NCBI GenBank assembly: GCA_965221125.1
Contig: CBDCRW010000006.1
Location: 672,001-736,000, forward strand
Direction: 5' to 3'
DNA length: 64,000 nt
DNA from: Alphaproteobacteria bacterium
GTDB taxonomy: Bacteria > Pseudomonadota > Alphaproteobacteria > UBA828
Shown: positions 13,790 through 24,083 of the stretch, one piece after another
Layout: every line of letters begins with the position of its first letter
How positions within the stretch are numbered: position 1 is the stretch's first letter
Position numbers and translations under genes: made by a program
The notes under the pieces: model-generated
The model's database searches: none
Seen by the model: the letters and a program-made list of their open reading frames with translations, nothing else
What the model was told of the DNA's origin: nothing

Positions 13790-14779
13790 ATGAAGGTGGT
13801 GATTACGGGTGGGCTGGGCTTCCTCGGGCAGAGGCTCGCGCTGGCGCTGCTGGAGCGGGATACGCTGACCGGCGCATCCGGCGGGCAGGAGCGGATCGAC
13901 GAGCTGATCCTCTTCGACGCTGCCGTGCCCGACCGGCCGCCGCCGGGCCTGGATGACGCGCGGGTCTCCCTCGTCGCGGGCGATGTCTCCGATGGGGAGA
14001 CGGTGCGAGGGCTGATCGCGGGCGACTCGCTCTCGGTCTTCCACTTCGCCTCGGTGGTGAGCGCCGGCGCCGAGCAGGACTTCGACCTGGCGCTTAGCGT
14101 GAACCTCACCGGCGGGCTCAACGTGCTCGAAGCCTGCCGCGCGGCGCCGGGGCTGCCGCACCTCGTCTTCACCAGCAGCATCGCGGTCTACGGCGGCAGC
14201 GCGCTGCCGGGAACCATCTCGGACGAGACCAAGATCACGCCGCAGGGGACCTATGGCGTGACCAAGGTGATCAACGAGCACCTGGTGGCGGACTACACCC
14301 GCAAGGGCTGGCTGGACGGGCGCGGCGGCAGGCCGCCCACGGTGATCGTGCGGCCAGGCAAGCCCAACAAGGCGGCCTCCGGCTTCGCCAGCGGGCTCTT
14401 CCGCGAGCCGCTCGCCGGCGTGGACCACGAGCTTCCGGTGAGCCGGGAGACGCGCATCGTGCTCGGCGGCTACCGCACCATCGTGGACAGCCTGGTCGCG
14501 CTCCACGAGGTGCCGGGCGACGCCCTCGGCGACGACCGCACCATCAACCTGCCGTCGTTCTCGGCGACGGCGGGGGAGATGGTGGCGGCGCTGGAGCGCG
14601 TCGGCGCAGGACGCCAGCTCGGCGCCGTCATCGACGCGCCCGATGAGGCGGTGCAGCGGCTCGTGGGCTCCTGGCCGGGCTACGCCAAGGCCGAGCGCGC
14701 CGCGGCCCTCGACCTGCCCGTCAACCCGCCGCTCGACGAGGTGGTGCGCCAGTACATCGAGGACTACGTGGAGGGGTAG
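13790..14779 (+). CDS. NAD-dependent epimerase/dehydratase family, D-erythronate dehydrogenase (DenD)-like
   Basis: TGGLGFLG, VVSAGAEQDFDL, YGVTK and VRPGKPNKAASGF motifs. Confidence 0.8.
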   Translation: MKVVITGGLGFLGQRLALALLERDTLTGASGGQERIDELILFDAAVPDRPPPGLDDARVSLVAGDVSDGETVRGLIAGDSLSVFHFASVVSAGAEQDFDLALSVNLTGGLNVLEACRAAPGLPHLVFTSSIAVYGGSALPGTISDETKITPQGTYGVTKVINEHLVADYTRKGWLDGRGGRPPTVIVRPGKPNKAASGFASGLFREPLAGVDHELPVSRETRIVLGGYRTIVDSLVALHEVPGDALGDDRTINLPSFSATAGEMVAALERVGAGRQLGAVIDAPDEAVQRLVGSWPGYAKAERAAALDLPVNPPLDEVVRQYIEDYVEG

Positions 14780-14820
14780 AGCGCCGCGCCTTGCTACGCC
14801 CCTCAAGCCCGATGGGTTCG

Positions 14821-14883
14821 CTAAGCGGCCGCAAGCAGGTCGTCCACCCGCGTGCCGTGCCAGCCTTCTTCGCGCTTGCTCCA
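14821..14883 (-). repeat. Displaced copy of the 3' end of the class IV aminotransferase gene (direct repeat of 16041-16103)
   Basis: 54/63 nt identical, with a 39/40 core. Encodes WSKREEGWHGTRVDDLLAAA* versus WSKREEGWHGTRVGDLLQAA*. Confidence 0.92.
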
Positions 14884-16040
14884 CTGGAACGGCTCAATGC
14901 CAGCCCAAGCGTCGCTCCAGATGCACTAATTTGATATGGAATCATATTCTGTCATACAAATACCATAAGCGGTAAGACCTGTAGAGCCGGGCCTCGTACT
15001 TGCACTTCGCTGAGGTCCAGTACAACGTTCTCTGTGCTTTGTAGGTTGTGGAATAGGTCTTGTAGCTTTTCTGGCTCCATTAGTGCAAAACCATAGTTTT
15101 CGAATGAGCTCATTCTCTCGCCTTGATCGATGACTCTTGTCACTTTCCGAGAATTCGAACGCTATTCTTGTGAAGCTCACTAAGAGTGAGATCTCGCAGA
15201 TTCTCCGTTCGAAGTGTCACGACCGCTGTAACATTGCTGGGTGCAGTGCAACGCAAAATTACGTTAGATATCGGCGTGCGCTTACGATCTCTGTCGAGCG
15301 CATTACGAATGTTTTCTAGCGGACCATCATTCTGACTCTTCCTCTTCGCGGCGGCTCCCTTATTGCGCGCTCCGCCAGTTGCCACTGGAGCCGCTGTATG
15401 TGAAACTGAGCGCATATTTCCCATAATATTCACTGCATCTATGTAATCGATCATCGAATCTATAGCATTTTTTCCAGAGTGCCAGCAATCTCGATCAGTG
15501 CCCCAGGTTCTACCTTCTTTGCATCTTCAAGATTTTCAATATCAACAATGTAGCCAGCGTCTTTTCGTAATCTATCATATAGCAGGATTGCAACCGATGC
15601 CTCCGTGTGAGATCGTGAGCTTCTCTCCACTGATCGTTCCGTACCTTCGCGAGTACCCTGAGCGTAAAGCTCACCAGACAAATCGAAGAATTGACTAAAC
15701 AAATGGCTGAAGCCAAATTTTATGCCTCCTTCTGCTTCCGCCGTCGTAGACTTGGATTCTTCACGTGTCACTTCGGTTCCGAATGACAGCCCTCCTTCAA
15801 TTGCTGCTGCAAACGACACCAGCATTGGTATATCAAGGTAAATGGGGTGTATCAGTCGCATTTGTACGGTCACTCCAATAGCCATAAATGGGTCCGCAAG
15901 CCATAACGCTGTAGACACGCGGGCGAAGCACCCTTGGCGCATTGTGCCAACTAAAATACCTATCTCAACGAAATTGTCGAGCTGAAGCTGCGCTTCAACT
16001 ACACTCCGAGCAACGGAATTCGCTTAGGCTTGATCGGTCG
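14884..16040. mobile_element. Low-GC single-gene islet bounded by 63-bp direct repeats
   Basis: Abrupt drop in GC between the two repeat copies; no integrase or transposase inside. Confidence 0.7.
14952..15861 (-). pseudogene. Doubly frameshifted hypothetical gene (tentatively DUF6414-like), about 303 aa if repaired
   Basis: ORF pieces 15460-15861, 15140-15454 and 14952-15143 join into one frame by adding one A in each of two A-runs (15468-15473 and 15144-15146). GGAG RBS before MRLIHPIYLD. Confidence 0.7.
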
Positions 16041-16940
16041 TTAGGCGGCTTGAAGAAGATCGCCCACCCGCGTGCCGTGCCAGCCCTCTTCGCGCTTGCT
16101 CCAGTAGCGGGACTGGACGCGGCTGGTGACGAGGCCGGCGTGGCCGTTGCCGATGGGCCTGTCGCCGAGGCGCACCACCGGCATGACGCCGCCGGCCGTC
16201 GTGCTGGCGAAGAGCTCGTCGGCCTCGCCCAGCTCCGCGGGCTCCACCCTGCGGTACGAGAAGGGGATGCCTTCCTCGTCGCAGAGCTCGGCCACGGCGC
16301 GGCGCGTGATCCCCTCCAGCACGTTGGTCTCGGGCGTCGCCACCGCGCCGTCGCGTACGACGAAGATGTTGTAGCCCGGCCCCTCGGTGAGCGAGCCGTC
16401 GGCGCCCACCAGGAGCGCATCGTCGCAGCCGTGGTCGTAGGCCTCGAAGCGGGCCTGCACGAAGTCCGCCCGGTTGTAGTTCTTGTAGCGGGCGTCGATG
16501 GCCTTCGACGAGACGCGCTCGACGCCGCTGAGGTAGAGCGCGGCGCCGTTGCGGCATTTCTCCTCGCCCCAGATCCAGGCGTAGGGCGTGGCGTAGGCCA
16601 CGAATTCGGGCGCGCCCAGGCGGGGGTCGCGGGTCTGGCTCTGGATCACGCCGCGGGTGAGCTGGATCTTCACGTAGCAGTCGTCCTGCCCCGTCCGCGC
16701 CACGCACTCGGCGAGGATGCGGCGCATCTCGTCGGCGCTGTAGGGGTTCTCCAGCCGGAAGCCTGCGCAGGAGCGCGCGAAGCGCTCGAGATGCTCGTCG
16801 AGCATGAAGAACCAGCCGGCCCAGGTCGAGGTCACGTCGTAGACCGTGTCGCCCCAGACGAAGCCGGCATCGAAGATCGACATCTTGGCGTCCTCGGGCG
16901 AGACGTACTCGCCGCCGATGAACACGCATCCTTCGCTCAT
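16041..16940 (-). CDS. Class IV (fold type IV) PLP aminotransferase
   Basis: DAGFVWGDTVYDV, HLERF, KNYN (PLP lysine), EGPGYNIF, LEGITR and STTAGG motifs. Confidence 0.92.
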   Translation of the reverse strand: MSEGCVFIGGEYVSPEDAKMSIFDAGFVWGDTVYDVTSTWAGWFFMLDEHLERFARSCAGFRLENPYSADEMRRILAECVARTGQDDCYVKIQLTRGVIQSQTRDPRLGAPEFVAYATPYAWIWGEEKCRNGAALYLSGVERVSSKAIDARYKNYNRADFVQARFEAYDHGCDDALLVGADGSLTEGPGYNIFVVRDGAVATPETNVLEGITRRAVAELCDEEGIPFSYRRVEPAELGEADELFASTTAGGVMPVVRLGDRPIGNGHAGLVTSRVQSRYWSKREEGWHGTRVGDLLQAA

Positions 16941-16951
16941 CGTTCTCTCCC

Positions 16952-17791
16952 TCACGTTTTCTTGGCCAGCGCGTCGAAGGCCAGCAGGCGGTCGAGCAGC
17001 GCCGGCATCCGATCCAGCGGCACCATATTGGGGCCGTCCGACGGCGCCTCGTCCGGCGCCGGGTGTGTCTCCATGAAGACCGCGGCGACGCCCACCGCCA
17101 CCGCCGCCCGCGCGAGGACCGGCACGAACTCCCGCTGCCCGCCGCTCGACGCCCCGTGGCCGCCCGGCTGCTGCACCGAATGGGTCGCGTCGAACACCAC
17201 GGGGCAGCCGGTCTCCGCCAGCTGCGGCAGGCTCCGCATGTCGGAGACCAGCGTATTGTAGCCGAAGCTCGCGCCCCGCTCGCACACCAGCACCCGGCGG
17301 TTGCCGGCGTCCGTGATCTTCGCCACGACGTGGCGCATGTCCCAGGGTGCCAGGAACTGCCCCTTCTTCACGTTGATCGCCTTGCCGGTGGCCGCCGCCG
17401 CCAGCAGCAGGTCGGTCTGGCGGCAGAGGAAGGCCGGGATCTGCAGCACGTCCACCGCCTCCGCCACCGCCGCGCACTGCTCCGGCAGGTGCACGTCGGT
17501 CAGCACCGGGCAGCCGTGGGCCTCCCGCACCGCTTCAAGGATCGCAAGGCCCCCGTCCATGCCGATGCCGCGCGGGCTTGCGGCCGAGGTGCGGTTGGCC
17601 TTGTCGAAGGAGCTCTTGTAGACGAACGGCATGCCCCGCGCCGCGGTCATCGCAACGAGCGTCTCCGAGATCCTGAGCGCGTGGTCGCGCCCTTCGATCG
17701 CGCAGGGGCCGGCGATCAGCGCAAGCGGCAGCGCGTTGCCCACCTCGAAGGAGCCGATCGTCACCCGGCCTGAGGCGGGCGCCTCGCTCAC
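16952..17791 (-). CDS. kdsA: 3-deoxy-D-manno-octulosonate 8-phosphate synthase
   Basis: [31 protein letters not shown] and DATHSVQ motifs. Confidence 0.97.
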   Translation of the reverse strand: MSEAPASGRVTIGSFEVGNALPLALIAGPCAIEGRDHALRISETLVAMTAARGMPFVYKSSFDKANRTSAASPRGIGMDGGLAILEAVREAHGCPVLTDVHLPEQCAAVAEAVDVLQIPAFLCRQTDLLLAAAATGKAINVKKGQFLAPWDMRHVVAKITDAGNRRVLVCERGASFGYNTLVSDMRSLPQLAETGCPVVFDATHSVQQPGGHGASSGGQREFVPVLARAAVAVGVAAVFMETHPAPDEAPSDGPNMVPLDRMPALLDRLLAFDALAKKT

Positions 17792-17809
17792 GTCGCCCTC
17801 ATTTCGCGC

Positions 17810-19444
<1,635 letters not shown>

Positions 19445-19566
19445 CTACCTTATCAAACGCGCCCGAGTCGCCACCACCCGTTCGCAGAAAATATGGGTGG
19501 CTCCTACGCGCCGTGTCACTCGCCGCGGCCTAGAGGCCCGGATCGCCGTTGGAAGGGCGCGCCGCG

Positions 19567-19941
19567 TCACTCCGCGCGGGGGGCGGTCGGGCCGTCGTCG
19601 CCGGGGAGTTCCAGCGGCTCGATATCGGTCGGCAGGTCGAGCTCGCCCGGCAGCACGAGGGGTTCGGCCTCAAGGGCCAGCGGGTCTTCCTCCACCGTAT
19701 CCAGCACCGACTCCCGGTCGGACCAGCTGCCGGAGAGGATGGCGAGCACCAGGCTCAGGATCATGAACGCCGCCGCCAGCCCCGCCGTCGCACGCGTCAG
19801 CAGGTTCGCCGTGCCGCGCGCCGAGAACATCGCGCCGGGACCGCCGATACCGAGCGCACCGCCCTCGCTGCGCTGGAGCAGCACGAGGCCGATCATCGCG
19901 ATTGCGATGATGATCAGGACCACGAGCAGGATCGTTTCCAC
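19567..19941 (-). CDS. secG: Preprotein translocase subunit SecG
   Basis: Two transmembrane helices with LLQRSEGGALG and ANLLTRAT; lies between tpiA and pyrG. Confidence 0.93.
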   Translation of the reverse strand: METILLVVLIIIAIAMIGLVLLQRSEGGALGIGGPGAMFSARGTANLLTRATAGLAAAFMILSLVLAILSGSWSDRESVLDTVEEDPLALEAEPLVLPGELDLPTDIEPLELPGDDGPTAPRAE

Positions 19942-19972
19942 CGCCGCTCCTTACCACTCTGTCCGGACGGGC

Positions 19973-20740
19973 TCAGCGGCACGCCCGGCAAATCTGCCAG
20001 AACGCGTCCGCAGAAAGGCTGGCTCCGCCGACCAGCACGCCTTCGACCCCCGGCGCGGCCAGGATGTCGCCTGCGTTCCGCGCCGTGACGGAGCCGCCAT
20101 ATAGCACGCGGAGCGCCGCTCCGCTCCCTGAAATTTGCCGCTCCCATGCGGCCCGCACTTGCCCGTGTGCCGCCCCGATATCGGCCGGGCCCGGCGTGCG
20201 GCCGCTGCCGATGGCCCAGACGGGCTCGTAGGCGATCGCGGTGTTCTCGGGCGTGGCGCCGGCGGGGAGCGATCCCTCGACCTGGCGGCCGATCACGGCG
20301 AGCGCGCGGCCCGCATCCCGGTCGGCCGCGCTCTCGCCCACGCAGACGATGGCGGTAAGTCCCGCCGCATGGGCCGCGGCGGCCTTGCCCGCGACCCATT
20401 CGTTGCTCTCGCCGTGGCTCGCGCGCCGCTCCGAATGGCCGACGATGACGTAGGCGCAGCCGGCGTCGGCGAGCATCGCAGCGCTCACGTCGCCGGTGTG
20501 GGCGCCCTCCGCCGAGACGTGGCAGTCCTGCCCGCCGAGCGCGATCCGCGTGCCCGCGAACACCGCCCGGAGCGCGAAGAGCAGCGTCGCCGGCGGGCAC
20601 ACGACGATATCGCCGCCGCAGTCGCCGGCAGTTGCGTGGGTTGCGAGCGCACCGGCGCGCGCGAGCCCATCGGCATGCAAGCCGTTCATCTTCCAGTTCG
20701 CGACGAGGAGCGGCCGGCGGGGCTGGGACTCGGGCGCCAT
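19973..20740 (-). CDS. tpiA: Triosephosphate isomerase
   Basis: ANWKMN, GHSERR, AYEPVWAIG, YGGSV and LVGGASL motifs. Confidence 0.97.
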   Translation of the reverse strand: MAPESQPRRPLLVANWKMNGLHADGLARAGALATHATAGDCGGDIVVCPPATLLFALRAVFAGTRIALGGQDCHVSAEGAHTGDVSAAMLADAGCAYVIVGHSERRASHGESNEWVAGKAAAAHAAGLTAIVCVGESAADRDAGRALAVIGRQVEGSLPAGATPENTAIAYEPVWAIGSGRTPGPADIGAAHGQVRAAWERQISGSGAALRVLYGGSVTARNAGDILAAPGVEGVLVGGASLSADAFWQICRACR

Positions 20741-20998
20741 GGGAGCAATGTGGGTCGTGGATGGGCGTGTCTCGACGCGCGCGCGGGCATCCGCTGCGGA
20801 CGAGAGCCCAAGCTCTAGCACGGGCCGCGGCCCCGGACCAGAATTGTGGGGCCGGCAAGGGAACGGCGACGGGCCGCGGTCCCACTGCCCGGGCCGCAGG
20901 TTGCGTGTTGCCCGGTATGCACGGCCGCTCCTATTATCCGCCGCAACGCGCGCGCCGGAGCGGCGTGGGCGCGCCTCCACCACTGGGCAGGACCCGCG

Positions 20999-22903
20999 AT
21001 GCTGCAATCCATGCGCCAGGCCACCAAGTCATGGGCGGCCCGCGGCGTCATCATCATCCTGGCGCTGAGCTTCGGCGCCTTCGGCATCAACGACGTGTTC
21101 ACCGGCGGCAGCCGCTCCGCGGTGGCGACCGTGGGCGACGTCGACGTGCCGACGATCCTGTTCGACCGGCAGTTCCAGCGCGCCCTGCAGCGCGAGCGGG
21201 AGCGCTCCGGCCGCCCCGACCTGACCCGCGACGAGGCCCACCGTGCCGGCCTTACGGGGCAGGTGCTCAACCTGCTCGTGCGCGAGTACCTGCTGGACGC
21301 CGAGGCCAGCAGGCTCGGCCTGCGGGCGGCCGACGCGAGCGTGATGCAGGAGCTCGAGAGTTCGCCGGCCTTCAGCAACGAGCAGGGGCGGTTCGACCCC
21401 GAGCTCTACGATCTGGTGCTCGAGCGCAACAACATGACGCGGGCCGAGTACGAGGACCTGATCCGCGTCGACATCCTCCGCAGCCAGCTCCTGAACGCGG
21501 TCGGCGGCGAGCGCAACGTGCCGGAAGCGCTGATCGAGGCCGTCCACCGCTACCGCGCGGAGGAGCGCAGCGCGCGAGTCGCGCTGGTCTCCGCCCGCGG
21601 CATGACTGGTCTCACGGAGCCGGACGAGGCCGCGCTCAGCGAATACTACGAGGCGAACACGGCGTCCTTCATGGCGCCCGAGCGGCGCACCGCGGTGATC
21701 GTGCAGCTCACGCCGGAGGCCATGGTCTCGGAGATCGAGCTGAGCGACGAAGACGTCTACGCCGAGTACGAGGCACGGATCGACGAGTTCGACATGCCGG
21801 AGCAGCGCTCGGTGGTCCAGATCAACGCCCAGGACGAGGCGCTGATTCGGGAGGGCGCGCAGAGGCTGGCGGAGGGCGAGCTGTTCGACGTCGTGGCGGA
21901 CGACCTCAAGGGCCGCGGCGCGAGCGTGCTGCCGATCCCCGACTTCAGGGCCGACGGCCCGCTCAGGAGCGCGAGCGAGGCGGTGTTCGGCCTTGCCGAA
22001 GGCTCGGTCAGCGATCCGGTGCAGACCGCGTTCGGCTGGCATCTCTTCAAGGTCGACGACGTGAAGCCGGCGCGGCGCCTGAGCTTCGAGGAGGTGAAGC
22101 AGTCGCTGCACGACGAGATGGCGCTCGACCTGGCCGGCGCGGGCCTGTTCCGCCTCTCCACGGTGTTAGAAGACGAGCTCGGCGGCGGTGCCTCGCTGGA
22201 GCAGGGAGCCGCGGCGGTGGGCGTCGAGCCGATCGTTCTCAGCGGCGTCACCCGGAACGGGCTCGACCGGAGCGGGGCCCTGGCCCTCGGCGAGCTGAGC
22301 GAGCGGGACGACATCATCGCGCTCCTGTTCCAGACGGCGGAAGGCCGGGAATCGCACCTCACCGAGCTCAACGACGGGAGCTTCGTCATCCTGCGGGTGG
22401 ACGATGTGGCGGAGTCCGCGCCGCGGCCCCTGGAGGAGGTGCGGGGCGAGGTGCGGTCCGCGCTCATGCGCGAGGCGGAGAGGGAAGCGGCCGAGCGCGT
22501 GGCGAACGCGCTGGCCGACCGGGTGAGGGAAGGCGAAGACCTCGCCCGCGCGGCCCGCGATGCGGGCTTCGCCGTGACCACGCTCGACAACGTGCGGCGC
22601 GACGGGCAGGGCGCCGGGGCGGACGCATCCTTCGCGCTGATACGGGGGCTGTTCGAGGCGGACGAAGGCGAGCGCGAGCCCATCGTCGCGGCAACGGCGG
22701 GCGGATGGGGCGTCGCGGTGCTCACCGGGGTCAACGACGCCGGCCGGGGCGCGACGGGCGAGGAGCGCGACCGGCTGCGCGACCAGCTCACGCGCGCGTG
22801 GCGCGGCGACCTCACGGAAGCCTACCGCGCGGCGCTCTACGGCAGGCACGAAATCTCGGTGAACGAAGGCACGCTGTCCGCCCTGTTCAGCCAGCAGAAT
22901 TAG
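20999..22903 (+). CDS. ppiD: PpiD-like periplasmic chaperone (SurA N-terminal domain plus parvulin-like domain)
   Basis: N-terminal membrane anchor MLQSMR...LSFGAFG, VSDPVQTAFGWHL parvulin motif, divergent from tpiA. Confidence 0.85.
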   Translation: MLQSMRQATKSWAARGVIIILALSFGAFGINDVFTGGSRSAVATVGDVDVPTILFDRQFQRALQRERERSGRPDLTRDEAHRAGLTGQVLNLLVREYLLDAEASRLGLRAADASVMQELESSPAFSNEQGRFDPELYDLVLERNNMTRAEYEDLIRVDILRSQLLNAVGGERNVPEALIEAVHRYRAEERSARVALVSARGMTGLTEPDEAALSEYYEANTASFMAPERRTAVIVQLTPEAMVSEIELSDEDVYAEYEARIDEFDMPEQRSVVQINAQDEALIREGAQRLAEGELFDVVADDLKGRGASVLPIPDFRADGPLRSASEAVFGLAEGSVSDPVQTAFGWHLFKVDDVKPARRLSFEEVKQSLHDEMALDLAGAGLFRLSTVLEDELGGGASLEQGAAAVGVEPIVLSGVTRNGLDRSGALALGELSERDDIIALLFQTAEGRESHLTELNDGSFVILRVDDVAESAPRPLEEVRGEVRSALMREAEREAAERVANALADRVREGEDLARAARDAGFAVTTLDNVRRDGQGAGADASFALIRGLFEADEGEREPIVAATAGGWGVAVLTGVNDAGRGATGEERDRLRDQLTRAWRGDLTEAYRAALYGRHEISVNEGTLSALFSQQN

Positions 22904-23525
22904 CGGGAGGCCGGCGCGCGATCACGAGCCGGACGACATCGTCGATCAGAAAGCGGTTCTCGACCAGCGTGAGGCCGGCAGGCTCGACGTGGCGATGCGG
23001 CTCGCGGTCGAAGCCCGCGCCGTAGGCCCAGCGCACCCAGGGCGCCCACAGACCCATGACCAGGCGCCGCACGGGCCGCCTGGACCACGTGTAGTCGAGC
23101 AGGCGGATCTCGCCGCCGGGCTTCAGGATGCGCCCGAGCTCGGCGAGCGCCGCCTGCTGCTGATCGGGCCCGAGGACGCAGAAGACGAAGCTCGCGACCA
23201 CGGCGTCGAAGCGCGAATCGGGGAAGGCGGTTTGCAGCACGTCCATCGCCGCGAGCGGGACGGTGCTGCCGAGCCCGTCGCGCCGAGCGCGCGCCTGCGC
23301 GAGCATCGCCTGCGAGAGATCGATGCCGACCACCTCCGCGCCGTCCGGGTAGTAGGGGATGTTGCGGCCGGTCCCGACGCCGGCATCCAGGATGCGCCCG
23401 CCCAGCCCAGCGAACAGCGTGCCCCGGATCGGTGCATAGCGCTTTCGCTCGAAGGAGCCGTCGAGCAGGTCGTACCAGGGCGCGATCCGCCGGTAGACCG
23501 CGCGCGCGTCGCCGCCGGCGCTCAT
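22887..23525 (-). CDS. Class I SAM-dependent methyltransferase
   Basis: YRRIAPWYD, ILDAGVGTG and RILKPGG motifs. Confidence 0.88.
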   Translation of the reverse strand: MSAGGDARAVYRRIAPWYDLLDGSFERKRYAPIRGTLFAGLGGRILDAGVGTGRNIPYYPDGAEVVGIDLSQAMLAQARARRDGLGSTVPLAAMDVLQTAFPDSRFDAVVASFVFCVLGPDQQQAALAELGRILKPGGEIRLLDYTWSRRPVRRLVMGLWAPWVRWAYGAGFDREPHRHVEPAGLTLVENRFLIDDVVRLVIARRPPANSAG

Positions 23526-23538
23526 GGCGAAAGAGTGT

Positions 23539-23663
23539 CCCCACCTCCCCTGTCCCCCGCCAAAGGGCGGAGGGGGAACGCAAGCCACGCCGGTCTTTTC
23601 TCCCTCTCCGCCCCTGAGGGATACCAAGAGGTCGGAGGAGAGGGTGGGGGAGAGGTGAGGGTG
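23539..23663. repeat. REP/MITE-like C-rich/G-rich palindromic intergenic element, copy 1
   Basis: Inverse-oriented homolog of 54698-54807, sharing an exact 22-mer AGGGCGGAGGGGGAACGCAAGC. Confidence 0.75.
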
Positions 23664-23720
23664 TCTTTCATGGCATCAACCTGCACGCGCTACTGTTCAG
23701 CCGCGGGCGCGCAACTCTTG

Positions 23721-23770
23721 GTATTCGCGCGCAAGTATGCGCGACGTATTCGCGCGCAGGTGTGCGCGAC
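23721..23770. repeat. 25-bp tandem duplication
   Basis: GTATTCGCGCGCAAGTATGCGCGAC / GTATTCGCGCGCAGGTGTGCGCGAC (23/25 identical). Confidence 0.85.
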
Positions 23771-23937
23771 CCGCACCATGGTGCGGTGCACGGGGCGGGC
23801 GGGTGGGGGCAGGCTCTGCGGATGCAGCGCGCAGACCATCGTCCTTCAGGGAACGCCGGGCCGGAGCGGCGCCGGGGAGCCGGCTCTTCGCCGGGCGCGC
23901 ATCCAGCGGGCTCCTGCAGCCGCCGGCACCGGCCGGC

Positions 23938-24028
23938 TTGTGCCACCTTGTGCCACCTTGTGCCACTTTGTGCCACTTTGTGCCGCCCGTTTCGTGCCAC
24001 CTTGTGCCACTTTGTGCCACCTTGTGCC
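23938..24028. repeat. 10-bp tandem repeat array (TTGTGCCACY, about 9 units in two blocks)
   Basis: Directly visible TTGTGCCACC/TTGTGCCACT units in intergenic DNA. Confidence 0.95.
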
Positions 24029-24083
24029 GGCGTATGCCGGAATATGCCGCTTTAAAGCCCTTTCCGTGAAAAACGGACGCGGG

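Noticed and set aside
23938-24028. Possible CRISPR array
   Set aside because: The units are 10 bp and contiguous, with no unique spacers and no cas genes in the window.
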